Source: the human T2T-CHM13v2.0 reference genome, Homo sapiens. Taken from it: 64,000 nucleotides of DNA. The translations under genes and the position numbers were made by a program. Below the pieces are notes generated by a model. It had not been told where the DNA came from, did not search any database, and saw only the letters and a list, made by a program, of their open reading frames with translations. Shown here in pieces: positions 1 to 14,767 of this stretch (position 1 is the first letter of the stretch; the number at the start of each line of letters is the position of its first letter). The stretch lies in the NCBI RefSeq assembly GCF_009914755.1, contig NC_060946.1; one strand, 5' to 3'.

Positions 1-130
1 GAGCTTTGCGAGTGGAAACACGGACCACCTACAGACCCCAAAAATGCCAATGAGCCGGCGCAGAGTGAAGCGTTCCACCAGCCGGTTTTTCAGCTTCTGC
101 AGCAGCCAACATCTGGATCGACCGTTTTTA

Positions 131-507
<377 letters not shown>

Positions 508-704
508 GGAATAAATGATGAGATTAGGTCATGCTGATCATCATCATAAAAATAATAGTGAAAACCCCAGAATGCCCGTGTGGAGCACCTACTTTCTGTG
601 TACCGTCTGCACGGACAGCAGCCAGCCTGGCCCCGGGAAGGACAAGGGCTGGGGAGGTGGACCAACCTGGTTGGGTTTCAGGCTGGGTGACCTGAGCCAG
701 CTCA

Positions 705-1055
<351 letters not shown>

Positions 1056-1102
1056 TCAGAGATCACCTATGAAATCAGCACCACAAAGCCAGACTGTGGC
1101 AA

Positions 1103-1482
1103 CGTATTGGTTTTCTAGGACTGCCAGAGCAGAGTATAAGGGGCAGGGTGGCTCAACCACCGGTTCCTCATAGTTCCGGAGGCCAGAAGTCTGAGACCGA
1201 GGTGTCAGCAGGGTGGGCTCCTTCTGAGGCTCCTCTCCTGGGCCTGTAGATGCCCTCTTCTCCCTGTGTCCTCACACGGCCCTCCCTCTGTATGTGTCTG
1301 TGTCCTGCTCACCGCTTCCTCGAAGGACACCAGTCCTTTGGATTACAAGCCTGCCCTAACAACCTCATTTAACTATGTCACCCATTTAAAGTCACTGTCT
1401 CCAAATAGAGTCCCATTCTGAGATACTGGGGGTTAGGACTTCACCAGATAGATTTTGGGAAGACACAATTTAGCCCATAATA
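1103..1482 (-). mobile_element. MaLR LTR (MLT1A/B-type)
   Basis: ggaggccagaagtctgagaccgaggtgtcagcagg...ttctgagatactgggggttaggacttc...acacaatttagcccataata. Confidence 0.75.
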
Positions 1483-1684
1483 GGGAGCCACTACTATTAA
1501 TACTTAGTGAAATAAAAGAAAGTGAGGCATCAGCCCGTGTAACCCCTCAACGTGCAGGCAGAGGAACTGAGGCCGCAGATTCAGCAGCACTCTGGGCCTT
1601 GCTTGTGAATGGGGATTTTAGTCACTATCAAATGTATTACTGACTTCTACTCACTAATGTCTTTGATAAATTTTGGAGTTATCT

Positions 1685-1982
1685 TTTTTCTTTATTTTTT
1701 GAAACTGAGTCTTGCTCTGTTGCCCAGGCTGGGGTGCAGTATGTTGATCTTGGCTCACTGCAACCTCCGCCTCCTAGATTCAGGTGATTCTCCTGCCTCA
1801 GCCTCTCGAGTACCTGAGATTACAGGCACACACTACCACACCAGGCTAATTTTTGTATTTTTAGTAGAGACAGAGTTTCACCGTGTTGGCCAGGCTGGTC
1901 TCGAACTCCTGACCTCAGGTGATCCTCCTGCCTTGGCCTCCTAAAGTGCTGGGATTATGGGCATGAGCCACTGCGCCCGGCC
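1685..1982 (-). mobile_element. Alu
   Basis: Antisense dimer. Confidence 0.95.
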
Positions 1983-2854
1983 AATTTTGGGGTTATCTTT
2001 AATCTCCATTGAGTCCCAGAGGACAAACACATTGCCTTCTTAGAAATTTCAGACATACATTAGATTTCCTGGAATGTAAGAAATACCATCAGAATGGCTG
2101 AGAGGGCATTCCTTCTCTCTTTAAGTGCGGGTGCAAGTCCACACTCCTGGGTATCGTGAGTTTCCATATGACAGTGTCCCTGAAACACGTGGCTCAATGC
2201 CCAGGACACCACTCCAGGGTCACCAGATGCAAGTGACTGGCCCATTGTGTCACTTAGGCCCCAGGAGGCCCATTGACTCATCCCAGTGGACACACAGGCC
2301 AGGGGCCACATACCTGTCCTAGGCTGCCTCTCAAGTGAGCTACTGAGCTGCCCAGCTCTGCCTGCGTCACTGCCCTGTGGCCCCAGGTGCTGTCCGCTGC
2401 CCTCCAGCCCTTCCTGTGTGCTTCCCCTTTACCCTGTTCTCACTGGGGTCCAAACCCCACGCAGCCTGTGCCAATCAGAGGCCAAGCCTGGGCTCCAGGT
2501 CACAGTGAGACGGAGCCCACATAAGGGTTCAGGAGGCAGTCACTGATGTGGCTGTGGGGGTCCTCGGGTGAGCAGGACCCCGCCCCAGCCTCCCCAACCT
2601 GGGGAGGTCAGAGCTCCTGTCTGGTTGAGGCAAGGGCTGTGGATGCGGGGTGTGGCCAGCAGTGCAGTGATGCTAATGAAGGGATTTTCTAATGAGTTTT
2701 GTATAGATTTTCATTTTTAATGAAGGCAGGGAAGGGATAGGGCAGATCAGAAATCAAATCTTATTTACAAGAATCCTCTTAATAGTGATATTTAAAAGAT
2801 GCAAAAAACAGGGATCACTGACCACCTGGTTTGTCTGTTGTGTTAGCCAGCTCT

Positions 2855-3152
<298 letters not shown>

Positions 3153-4249
3153 AAATTCTCTTCTTTTGAAGTGGCTTTCTGTGAGGCTCACCAGCTGAAG
3201 TAAAATCAGTTTTTGTTCATTCAACAAATCTTTATTGGTTCTTGATGCTCAGGAAGAGGCAGGATGAAAGCCATGAGCAGGCAGGCAAGCCCAGGCCAGC
3301 CCTCCTGGCAGCAGTCGAGGGTGTGAGGCCCTGAGGGTCCATAGGGCCCAAAGGAGGGGGTATCAGCTCCCTGAGTGGGTGAGAGGCTCAGAGAGGACTG
3401 CAGGGAGAGGCCGACCTCTCCGCAACCATGGGCTGTAGCCAAGCAGGGGTTAAGCAGCCTGCAGCTTCAACAAGGACATGTTTGGGGTGGTCAGAAGATG
3501 GCAGCTTTGATGTTTTCCCATCATGAATCATCTTGACTCTAGGTCTCCACCAAGGCCCGACATTCCTTGGGATCCAGATCTAAATCCACCTAAAACTTTG
3601 GATTAGATTAAACCCACATGTCCTTCAGCGTCTTTTGGAGGAATCTGGACACATCCAGTGAAACCTAAAGCAAGTCCCAAGCTGACATTTTCCAGCCCAG
3701 CATTTCTCTAACCCCTTCTTTATTTTGCAAATCTCACTGAGAGCCTGCTAGGTGCCAGGCTCCGTTCTGGTGAGTGGGGATCAATCGGTGAACGAAATAT
3801 GCAAGTCCCCTGGCCTCGTGGAGGCGGCATTCTATAGGGGATGCAGAATGCAAAGAAAGTAATTAGTCCGTCTGATGGTTTGTAGGAAGGCAGGATGTGC
3901 CGTGGGGGAAACAGGGAGGCATAGGGGCTTCTGCTCATGGTGGGTTTATAATTTTAGAGCCGTGGGGTTGGCCTCACTGTGCCAGGACCTGAATGGGGCG
4001 TGGGCAGTATGGAAAGTGGGAAGAGCATCCCAGGCCGAGGGAACAGCCAGCGCAAGAGCCCAGAGGAGAGGGTGTGTACAGCAAGGCGGCCAGGGTGGCT
4101 GGAGTGGAGCCAGCAACGGCCAGTCCCAGGGAGGAAGCACCAGATACAAGGGTAACCAGGTGGCTGAGGGGGCCATGAGATAGAGGCTGGGGTGTTGGGG
4201 GTGAGCCTGAGGCAGCTGGACACCCTGAGGTGCCTGGGACACTTGATTG

Positions 4250-4845
<596 letters not shown>

Positions 4846-5669
4846 ATGCACGCATGGCTGGTGGCTCGCTCTGGCAGTTTAGTGAAACGCCGTTATTTGC
4901 AAATCCACCGAAAGCATGAGTGAAATGTGTGCTAGCTCAGCTCGGTAATTCCATCCTGGAGCCTGAAGGCAGTTTTGAGACACACGGGCAGCCGGGTTCA
5001 GACCTCCAGTCCCCCAGGGAAGGTTGGGGGAAGGTGCACTGGCAGCTGCCATTTTTGTGCAGAGGTGGCCTGGCTGGCAGTGCAGGGAAGCTGGGGAGGC
5101 CCCCACCCTCTCTCCTGGAGGCACGAGTTGGGTGGCTCTTCCTGCCCTTGCTGGCTTTGGCTGGAGCTGGGGTTATTTTGGGTCTGGTCAGGGGCCACCC
5201 GTGACACACTCCTCTCCTGCTCATTGCCTTTGGAGCCCGCCCACGCCAGCCCCTAGCTGTCACAGCCTCATGGTTGTGTTGGAGGAGCTGATTTTGGCAG
5301 GTCGAGGACCTCTCCCCAGAGCCCCGGCAGGGCTGGGAGGTGTGGGCTTTGCAGCTAGGTGCCACTGCAGCCACCATCCCTCCCTCTGGGGCCTTGGGCA
5401 GGCTACCCAACAGGACTCTCAGAAGCTGTTTGCTCTGAGCCTGGAAGATGGAACGAGCACTGAGAAGAGCTTGACCTGATAAAGGGGTGGAAGGTTGGGC
5501 CCAGAGTCAGCCCCCCGCCGCTTTTTGGTTTTCAAATCAGCAGGAACATTGTGCGGGTGAAGCCTAGTGCTCAGAGGAGTGACGCGGCCACTCTGGTGAC
5601 AAAACTGGGCCTCCTGGCTCTGACTCCAGACACCATACTACATTCTGTCTTTCTTTTTTTAAAAAAAGA

Positions 5670-5937
<268 letters not shown>

Positions 5938-6110
5938 AAGAAAGAAAGAAAGAGAGAAAGAGAGAAAGGGAAAGAGAGAGAGAGAGAGAAAGAAAAACAG
6001 AGAGAAAGAAAGAAAGAGGAAGAGAAGGAAAGAGAGAAAGGGAGAAAGAGAGAGAGAGAGAGAAAGAGAGAAAGAAAGAAAGAGAGAAAAAGAAAAGAAA
6101 AGAAAGAAAG
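5938..6110. repeat. GA-rich low-complexity tract
   Basis: About 170 bp of nearly pure purine. Confidence 0.95.
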
Positions 6111-6221
6111 AGGGTCTTACCATGTTGCCCAGACTGGTCTCGAATTCCTGGGCTCAACTGGTCTTCCCACCTCATCCTCTCAATGTGCTGGCATGACTGG
6201 TGTGAACCACTGTGCCCGGCC
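6111..6221 (-). mobile_element. Alu left monomer / FLAM
   Basis: gggtcttaccatgttgcccag...ccactgtgcccggcc. Confidence 0.85.
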
Positions 6222-6409
6222 AAGCCTTTCTAACTAAATGCTAATTGAGCTCCTTCTGTATGCCACTGGGGCACTGTGTATTTCTCTCTCTGTGTCTGTG
6301 GGAGCAGGGAAGGGGAGGCTCAAAGGTGAGAGCACCCCCACCCCCGAGGATCTCGTGCCCTGGGCCCCCTGCGCACAGAGCCTTGGCCCAGCCCACCCCT
6401 CACCCACAG

Positions 6410-6545
6410 GATGGTGCAGGAGCAGTGCTGCCACAGCCAGCTGGAGGAGCTGCACTGTGCCACGGGCATCAGCCTGGCCAACGAGCAGGACCGCTGTGCC
6501 ACGCCCCACGGTGACAACGCCAGCCTGGAGGCCACATTTGTGAAG
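6410..6545 (+). CDS. FBLN1: Fibulin-1 exon 3 (anaphylatoxin-like modules)
   Basis: cacag|G acceptor, AAG|gtgaga donor; 136 bp encoding [45 protein letters not shown], matching fibulin-1. Confidence 0.98.
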
Positions 6546-8714
6546 GTGAGAGCCAAAGACCATGTGGGGTCGCTGCCCGTCCCCACTAGTCGGCAGACCC
6601 AGGCCCTCCCAGCCAAGCGGCACTGTCTGTCAGCGCTCCCTGCCTCAGGCCACCTTTCTTTGTGAGCAGCTGGGGGTTCCTGGGCCAGGAGGGAGGTGGA
6701 AAACCCCACTGTTTCTCCCCCTCCACTGTAGCCGTAAACCCCGGAGGACACCTGGGGCCGAGTCTCCCACGAGGCCGGGGGGTGAAGTGAGCTGGCCTTG
6801 CCCTGAGAACCGCCTGTCTCCAGGCATTGGGCAGATGCAGAAGTCAAAGCAGGGCTCCTCCTGGGCTTCCAGAATCTTCTTCTCAATTCAGGGTCGGCAC
6901 CCTCACCCTACCCAGGAGGCTCTCAGGCTTCTCTACCCACAGACTCGTCAGGGTCCAGAGGTAAAAATGGGCCCTCACTAAGACCTCTGATAAGATCTGA
7001 CCTCTATAACGACCCTAAAAGAGGAAACTGAGGTTCAGAGAGGCCCAGCCTCCAAAATGGCCTCTCTGCAGTCCTGTCAGGGACCCAGACGGGATCCTGC
7101 CCTGAAGGTAAGCTGTGAATAAATGGCATAGTCCTCTTCCCTGAGTGCTCCTAGGACCCTACGTGCTAGCAGGTCACTCAGGACCGCTATGGCCGTGGAA
7201 GGGCTGTGTCTTTGCAAGAGGTGGAAAGGTGCCTGACAGCATTGCCTACAGGCAGTAAACCCAAGGTGTCCAGGCCATCCCTCCCTTACCACCCAGCCAG
7301 CAAGGAAAACAAGCCCGGCCAGGAGGAACTTGGGCCTGGAGGAGCTCGGGTTTGGAAGCTGGGCTTCTGTTGGAGGTGCCAGATGACGAAAATGCATTCC
7401 CTGGAAGAAGCTTCCCGTTCCTAGTTAGGAAGGTGATGGAATAATTTTAAGAAGCAAGAATCTGAATGAAGTCTGGATTCCAGGAGAGGGTGTGGGAGCT
7501 CCTTTGTGGGGATTCTCCACATAGATTGGGCTGTGGAGGGACTCCGTGTGGAGGAGTTGGGGGTCCCGAGTCCCCTGCCCACCTTGGCCTGTGTGGGCTT
7601 TCACAGGGCAGGGCTCTGGCCCAGGAGAGAGCTGGGTGGGGTGATGGTGGGGGTGCCTGGGAACCAGGACTTTGGGCGTTTCATGACTGCCCCCGCACCC
7701 TCCCACCCAACACCCAATGCAGGGCTGGGCCTTGCAGATGCCGTCGGTCCGGCACACAGCTGTGCCCATGTCCCCAGACTTGAGAGGTGTGGAAAAAGCA
7801 CAGAACATTCTAGCAGGAGTGGGAACAGATCGCTCTGGCAGATGAGCGACTTGTGTTTCCAGGAAGGATTACTCACACCCCAAAAGATGGATGAGGTGAC
7901 TGATGCTCCCTACACTTTCTGGCAGCGGAGGGCGTAGAATAAGCAGCCTGGAAGACCCATCAGTGCCACATAACTGAGGCAAAGCTACACCTCCTGGCTC
8001 CTGCTGGGGACTGTTTAGAAAGTTCTGTGCTCCTCTTAGGATAACCACTTAATAAAGACTGAAGGAGGGCTTTTCGTGTGTCAGGGCAAATGTTGCTTCT
8101 GGGACTCAGGTGTGAGGCCACAGGGACTTGGAAGTAACTATTGGGACCTGGGCCCAGGTGGCAGACAGCCACCCTGTCCTTTGACCTTGCTTGATGACTC
8201 GTCTTGAAGTTCCTGTGCTTTCAAATGCACGGTGCAATTCCTGCTGCCAGAACCCCTCTAACTCAAAAACGGAGAGGCAGCATGCATGTGTGTCATTTTT
8301 CCGGGCATGGTAGAGAAATCTCAGACCATGCAAAAGGAACAGAACTTTGGAGCTGGTGCATGGTGCTATAAGAAGCTCCCTCTTCCTGGATGTGTGCGAG
8401 CAGAGCCGGGTGGTCTCTGGGCGGGGCAGGGATGTTGAGGGGTGCAATTGCATGTTGGGGTGGGGAGGGGAGGTGGATGCCAGGCCCTTTAAGCTTCCTT
8501 TCAAAACTGGGACCTAGATGATTTGGAGTAGGGGGATGGCCTTGCTTTGCTATTTGTTGCTGACATTTAGAAGTGGTATCTAAGCCAGACTTGAGTCATC
8601 ACTCTACAGGTTGTGTGGACAGGGGGCTCAGAGAGGCCTCCCCTGAGGCCTCTCGTGGACCCCGCTGGGCTGTCTGCCCGCTCCTCCATCTGGGATCTCC
8701 ACCTGTGTTTGCAG

Positions 8715-8877
8715 AGGTGCTGCCATTGCTGTCTGCTGGGGAGGGCGGCCCAGGCCCAGGGCCAGAGCTGCGAGTACAGCCTCATGGTTGGCTACCAGTG
8801 TGGACAGGTCTTCCGGGCATGCTGTGTCAAGAGCCAGGAGACCGGAGATTTGGATGTCGGGGGCCTCCAAGAAACGG
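8715..8877 (+). CDS. FBLN1: Fibulin-1 exon 4 (anaphylatoxin-like module)
   Basis: tttgcag|AGG, G|gtaact; 163 bp; RCCHCCLLGRAAQAQGQSCEYSLMVGYQCGQVFRACCVKSQETGDLDVGGLQET. Confidence 0.98.
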
Positions 8878-8909
8878 GTAACTTTCCCCCTTCCTTCCCT
8901 AATGAGCAG

Positions 8910-9621
8910 TGTATTAAGGTTCTCCGGGATGTGTATATAGAGCGAGAGTGGAGAGAGAGAGATTTTAAGGACTTGGCTCATGTGATCGTGGGGGCTGGCA
9001 AGTCCAAAATCTGCAGGGCAGGCCTTCAGGCTGGAGCCCCAGGGAAGGAGGGGCATTGCAGCTGGAGTTCAAAGGCAGTGTGTTGGCAGAACGCCGCCTT
9101 CCCCGGGGAGGCCAGTCTTTTTTCTCTGAAGGCCTTCTGCTGATTGAGTGAGGCCCACCCACGGTATGAAGATGATCTGCTTTTCTCAGCATCAACAGAC
9201 TTACATGTTAATCTCTTTTTTTTTTTGAGACAGAATCTCTCTCTGTCACCCAGGCTGGAGTGCAGTGCAGTGGTGTGATCTTGGCTCACGGCAACCTCCG
9301 CCTCCCGGGTTCAAGTGATTCTTGTGCCTCAGCCTCCCGAGTAGCTGGGATTACAGGTGTACACTACCACACCTGGCTAATTTTTGTATTTTTAGTAGGG
9401 ATGGGGTTTCACCATGTTGGCCAGGCTGATCTGGAACTCCTGACCTCAGGTAATCCACCTGCCTCAGCTTCCCAAAGTGCTAGGATTACAGGTGTGAGCC
9501 ATCGTGCCTGGCCAATATTAATCTCTAAAATATAGCTTCACAGCAACATCCAGGCTAGTGTTTGACTAAATATTTGAGTACCATACCCCAGCCCAATTGA
9601 CACTTACGATGAACCATTACA
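8910..9621 (-). mobile_element. MLT2-type (ERV-L) solo LTR split by an Alu, about 30 bp after the exon-4 donor
   Basis: tgtattaaggttctcc...ttggctcatgtgatcgtgggggctggcaagtccaaaatctgcagggcagg...ttgacac...aaccattaca. Confidence 0.75.
9216..9513 (-). mobile_element. Alu
   Basis: Antisense dimer; TSD ttaatctct. Confidence 0.95.
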
Positions 9622-10452
9622 GGTAACACGTGCATCCGTGTCACCATTGCCTTAACTCAGCACGGACTGACTCCGGTTGTCGGAGCCATTCATGTTTGTG
9701 ACCTTATCTGAAAGCCGCTGTCCTGGAGTGACGCTGAGTGCTTGGAGTCTGGGATCGGACAAATCTGTGCTCCCATCCGGGTCCTAATGTGTACCTTGGT
9801 CCCCTCATCTGGGAAGTGGGGATAGTTGCAGTCCTACTTCATCAGGTGCTGGGAGGATGGAGTGCGAGATTGGGTGTCAAGGGTTGGGTAGAGCACCTGG
9901 CCCCATAAATGTCTGCCCTCACCATCTGCCCTTGTCCCTTCAGCTGCCCGGGGCAGCATGGGTGGCTGGCCTTGCTCCCACTTCTTGGGTGAGGGTCTGA
10001 TGCTGAAGATCGCACAGCCGACACGTGGAGGAGGGAGAGCCTGGCCTTCCACCTCCTGGCCAGTGCCCTCTCCATCTGGAGCTGACGATGTATGGGCGAG
10101 CAGCTGGGGGCCATCGCTGGCTAATAGCTGGCTATGCTCTGTCAAATCATAGACACTTACTCAGCAAAGGGGCATGTGACCCCAAGAGCAGCTTCAAGAG
10201 CGCTCTCAGCTGTGTGCCCCCCCGTTCTGTGTCCTCGCCCTGCATTTCTGTGTGGTTCAGTTACAGGGTTCAGGAGACTTTGTGGCTGTCCAGTAGCCTC
10301 TTACACTTAGGCCACGGTTTCTTGTGCTGTAACAGAATTAACCTGGAAGAAGGCAGGACTCCGCCTGGGCCAAGCTTGCTGTGTAGTTTTCGGCCTGTTC
10401 CCTCCTCTCTCTGAGCTTTGCCCCCACTCTCCTAAAAAATAAAAGAGGTGTG

Positions 10453-10759
10453 AGCTGGGCACGGTGGCTCACGCCTGTAATCCCAGCACTTTGGGAGGCC
10501 GAGGCAGGCGGATCACCTGAGGTCAGGAGTTCGAGACTAGCCTGGCCAACATGGGGAAACCCTGTCTCTACTAAAAATACAAAAATTAGCTGGGCATGGT
10601 GGCGGGCGCCTGTAATCCCAGCTACTTGGGAGGCTGAGGCAGGGAGAATCGCTTGAACCTGGGAGGCGGAGGTTGCAGTGAGCCGAGATGGCGCCATTGC
10701 ATTCCAGCCTGGGTGACAGAACGAGACTCAGTCTCAAAAAAAATAATAAAATAAATAAA
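10453..10759 (+). mobile_element. Alu
   Basis: Dimer; TSD aataaa(a)gaggtg. Confidence 0.95.
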
Positions 10760-11639
10760 GAGGTGGGGAGGTGCCGGAAGGGGCGAAAGGGAAGAACCCT
10801 CAGACCTGTAGTCTCTAAGTCAAGGTAATGGCTGTAGGGTCCTGGGTGACACGGAACCTTTCACTTCTTGTTCTTAGGTTTTCAAGTCCAGGCTGTAGGG
10901 CCCCTGGTCACAGAGGACCCGGGTCACCCGGGACTCATCTTTCACTTATTGTTCTTAGTTTTTCAAGTCCAGGGCCCCATGGATGCCACTGAGATGATTT
11001 CAGATGTTACAGTCATCAAGAGGGATTGGGGCCGCATTCTGCCTCATTCCTTGGCTTTTGAAATCAGAGACGACATTTTCACTTTAAACAAACCCAAACC
11101 ATTCCTGCTGGTGGAGGATTTCTCCTGCATCTCGGGGGTGGATTTTCACTGATTTATGTCTGCAGCGTGAGCAGTCTCTGGGCTTTTCTGCAGCTCCAGA
11201 TGTTAGATGTTTTATCTCTCCGTCTTTTATCTGCTTCAGTCCTTGCCCCAGACTATCCTCGCATGCTCCCTCCTCTGGGAGGGCTTCCTGTCTTCACAGC
11301 CGCACCTTCCTCCCACTGCTACCAGTGCCATGGACCCACTGTATGTTTCCTGGGGGCCATGCAGAAGGTCCCCAGACCAGTGCTGGCCTGCGACAAATAA
11401 GTACAGAAATGGAGAATAACCCTTTTCAAACACATAATAGCATTTGATAGAATCAATCAGGAGACTCAAGTTTTTACTGCGTGCATTGCTTTAGACTTGG
11501 AGGGCGTGTGTTGGTTGTTAGCAAGGCTGTGACTGCATTTGCTGAGATGGTCAAGTAATTTGGACTATGGGAATATCACCCAGCATGAAGTCAATGATTA
11601 CAGGCCTTTGTGTCTGTGGTCTTTCTGTTATAACTGATC

Positions 11640-11969
<330 letters not shown>

Positions 11970-12133
11970 TAATTCTAGCTTAAAGAGGATAAAGTTAATA
12001 CTTAGCTGTTTATATAAGATGTTCAAATGGGCATTACTGCCTGATAGTGACAAGAAGAGAGAATGTTGGGAGTTTCTTTTAAGATAAGATGGGTGTTTGG
12101 ATAAATGTCTGACTTGGTCTTTTTCCCCCTTAG

Positions 12134-12193
12134 ATAAGATCATTGAGGTTGAGGAGGAACAAGAGGACCCATATCTGAATGACCGCTGCCGAG
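12134..12193 (+). CDS. FBLN1: Fibulin-1 exon 5 (acidic linker)
   Basis: ccccttag|AT, G|gtgaga; 60 bp; (D)KIIEVEEEQEDPYLNDRCR. Confidence 0.97.
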
Positions 12194-12242
12194 GTGAGAC
12201 TCGGGCGTCTCCCATCAGTTGGTATTTAAACAAACCCCAAGG

Positions 12243-12420
12243 GGCCAGCAAGGTGGCTCAGGCCTGTAATCCTAGTACTTTGGGAAGCCAAGGCAGGAGG
12301 ATTCCTTGAGCCCAGGAGGTTGTGGCTGCAGTGAGCTATGACTGCACCTTTGCACTCTAGCCTGGGCAACAGAGCTGGACCCCGTCTCAAAAACAAAAAA
12401 ACAAACAAACAAAAAGCAAA
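12243..12420 (+). mobile_element. Alu monomer (FRAM/J-like)
   Basis: Single arm with A-rich tail. Confidence 0.85.
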
Positions 12421-13931
12421 ACCAAGGAATCTCGGTGCTGATCTCACTGGAAGTTGGAATCCAGGTTTTGCTTTGGTTTACCCTGCAAAGTACCCTTTGG
12501 CTGGGAGCCAGCCATGAGCCACTTCCACCCTGAGGAGTCGTGGACTCCCAGCTCCTCCTTCCCTTTCCCCTTCCAGATCTAGGGCTGGCTGGGGAGGGGA
12601 AGGGTGGGCTTACCAAGGAGGGGCCCTGGTGAGGCCCTGCTGGGGAGGGTGGCCCAGGCCCAGGGCCAGAGCTGGTGTGGAAAGCCTGCACGTTACCGAG
12701 CCCCCAGGCCTTGTGAAGGTGACAGAGGCCTCCCTCAGGCTCTCAGGGGAGAGGAGGGGGCTCAGCGTTCCCTGCCTTTGTGCCCCTGGAGCCCCAGCCA
12801 CGGTTCTGTCACCATTGGTGATATTCATTTGCCTCACAGGGAGATGTCTGCACATTTAACTAAGGGCCTCGCAGGTTTGTTTTTCATATGATAAAACTGC
12901 TTTTCTTTCATGGAACATTCTGGCATGTCTAGACCTGCAGATCTGCCTCACAAGCTCTTTCAGTGGTTCCCCCTGTGGTTAGGGTGTTAATTAGGGGCCA
13001 GTTTAATCCTTAAATGATGCAGTCAGTGTACAGTGACAGTTGGTCCAGGGGCGCTGTCCAGGGGCCTGGTGGAGGGAGGAAGGGAGTGACCTAGAGCCCC
13101 AGCAAGCCTCAGGGCTATGGGAGGAGCTTTCTGGGAAGGGGAGAGCTGGTCTGCAAGGAGGAGGTGGGATTAGCTGGGAAAATAACCCTGAAACGGTCCT
13201 CAGGGAGACCTGAAGCCTTGTAAAGGGCACGGACCCACTGTAGCAGGGTACTGGGAGGCAGTGGGCTGGGGAAGGAGGTGGGGTTACAGGGCCAGAGAGA
13301 GGGGCCCTAGAAACAGGCAGGCTGGCAGCAGTTAGAAGTGTATCTCGTAGAATCTTTCCCTGGTTGAGGCTTATCCTGATGAGATTTGCACTCTGAGCAT
13401 CACTCTGGCCACCCTGTAGGAAGAACAGGTTGTGGGGTGCTTCTGGGCTATGCAGAAAGACCAGGTAGGAGGCTGTGGCCACAGCCAGGTGGGCAGCTGC
13501 AGGAACTGAGGCCATGGTAGTGGGCTTGGAGCAGTGGGACAGCTCGAGAGTTCAGTGAGGAGCAGGTACATGAGGCCTAGTTGGGGCCTGGCCTTCCACG
13601 TGGAGCCCACACCCCCATGTCTGTGACCGGCAGTGAGCTCTTCTCTGCCTTGCCCCTTCCAGGTCCACCCCAGCCTACAAAGGGCACCCTGCACACCACC
13701 TGATTTTCCAGACGGGGAGGTTGGGACCTGAAGCCGCAGGCCCTGGGGGGTGTCCAGAGCCAGAGCCTGGGGGTCTCCCAGTAGGGCAGCAGGTGGGCTC
13801 CAGCCAGGTCAGCCTGCCTTCCTGGGTTCATCTGCCCAGAGGGCGTTTTCTATGACCCAGCCTGAACGGAGCTAGAAACCAGGCGGTGCCTGGGTGCGTC
13901 CATCCCTGGCTCATGCACGCTGTGCTTCCAG

Positions 13932-14033
13932 GAGGCGGGCCCTGCAAGCAGCAGTGCCGAGACACGGGTGACGAGGTGGTCTGCTCCTGCTTCGTGGGCT
14001 ACCAGCTGCTGTCTGATGGTGTCTCCTGTGAAG
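13932..14033 (+). CDS. FBLN1: Fibulin-1 exon 6 (EGF-like 1)
   Basis: ttccag|GA, G|gtaatg; 102 bp; [33 protein letters not shown]. Confidence 0.98.
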
Positions 14034-14629
14034 GTAATGTCCCTATCCCAGGTGCCAGCAGGACTGGCCGGTCACTGTGCTTGGGAGCTCTGTGCTGGAG
14101 GACTGACCAGGGCCTGCCTTCTACAACCCAGACCCCATTCAGGGGTGGAGAGCAGCCCAGGACGCGCTTTCTCGTGTTCGCTGGAGTTTGCAGCGCAGAG
14201 GCCCCTGCCGAGACTTCCCTCCAAGACAATATAAGCACTGGGGTTGGGAAAGAGGATGGAGTTGGGGTCTAACCAGGTTCCGGATCCAGGATCTGCTGAG
14301 TGGCCTTGGGCACATCCTTCAGCCTCTCCTGGCCCCTGCGTCTGTGAGATGGGGGAGATGGAGAAGATGCTGCCCCTCCATGGGGTTCTTGAGGACCACA
14401 TAACTACAGTCTCAGAAAAAGCAGTAGATATGAACGTTAGCAGGGGAGAGAAATCACTGCTTTCGACTCCGTGCAGTCCACAGCCCGGATGTGCACATGG
14501 TGGACCTGAGCTCAGTTTGCGAGGGTGCAGGGAAGCACTTCCACCGTGGCTTTGGCACATTCCTTCCTAGGATGTATTAGGATGGGTCGTTCTTGCTGGT
14601 CACCCCCGCACTGCCTCGGTCTCTCCTAG

Positions 14630-14767
14630 ATGTCAATGAATGCATCACGGGCAGCCACAGCTGCCGGCTTGGAGAATCCTGCATCAACACAGTGGGCTCT
14701 TTCCGCTGCCAGCGGGACAGCAGCTGCGGGACTGGCTATGAGCTCACAGAGGACAATAGCTGCAAAG
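14630..14767 (+). CDS. FBLN1: Fibulin-1 exon 7 (cbEGF)
   Basis: ctcctag|AT, G|gtacag; 138 bp; [12 protein letters not shown]...EDNSCK. Confidence 0.98.
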
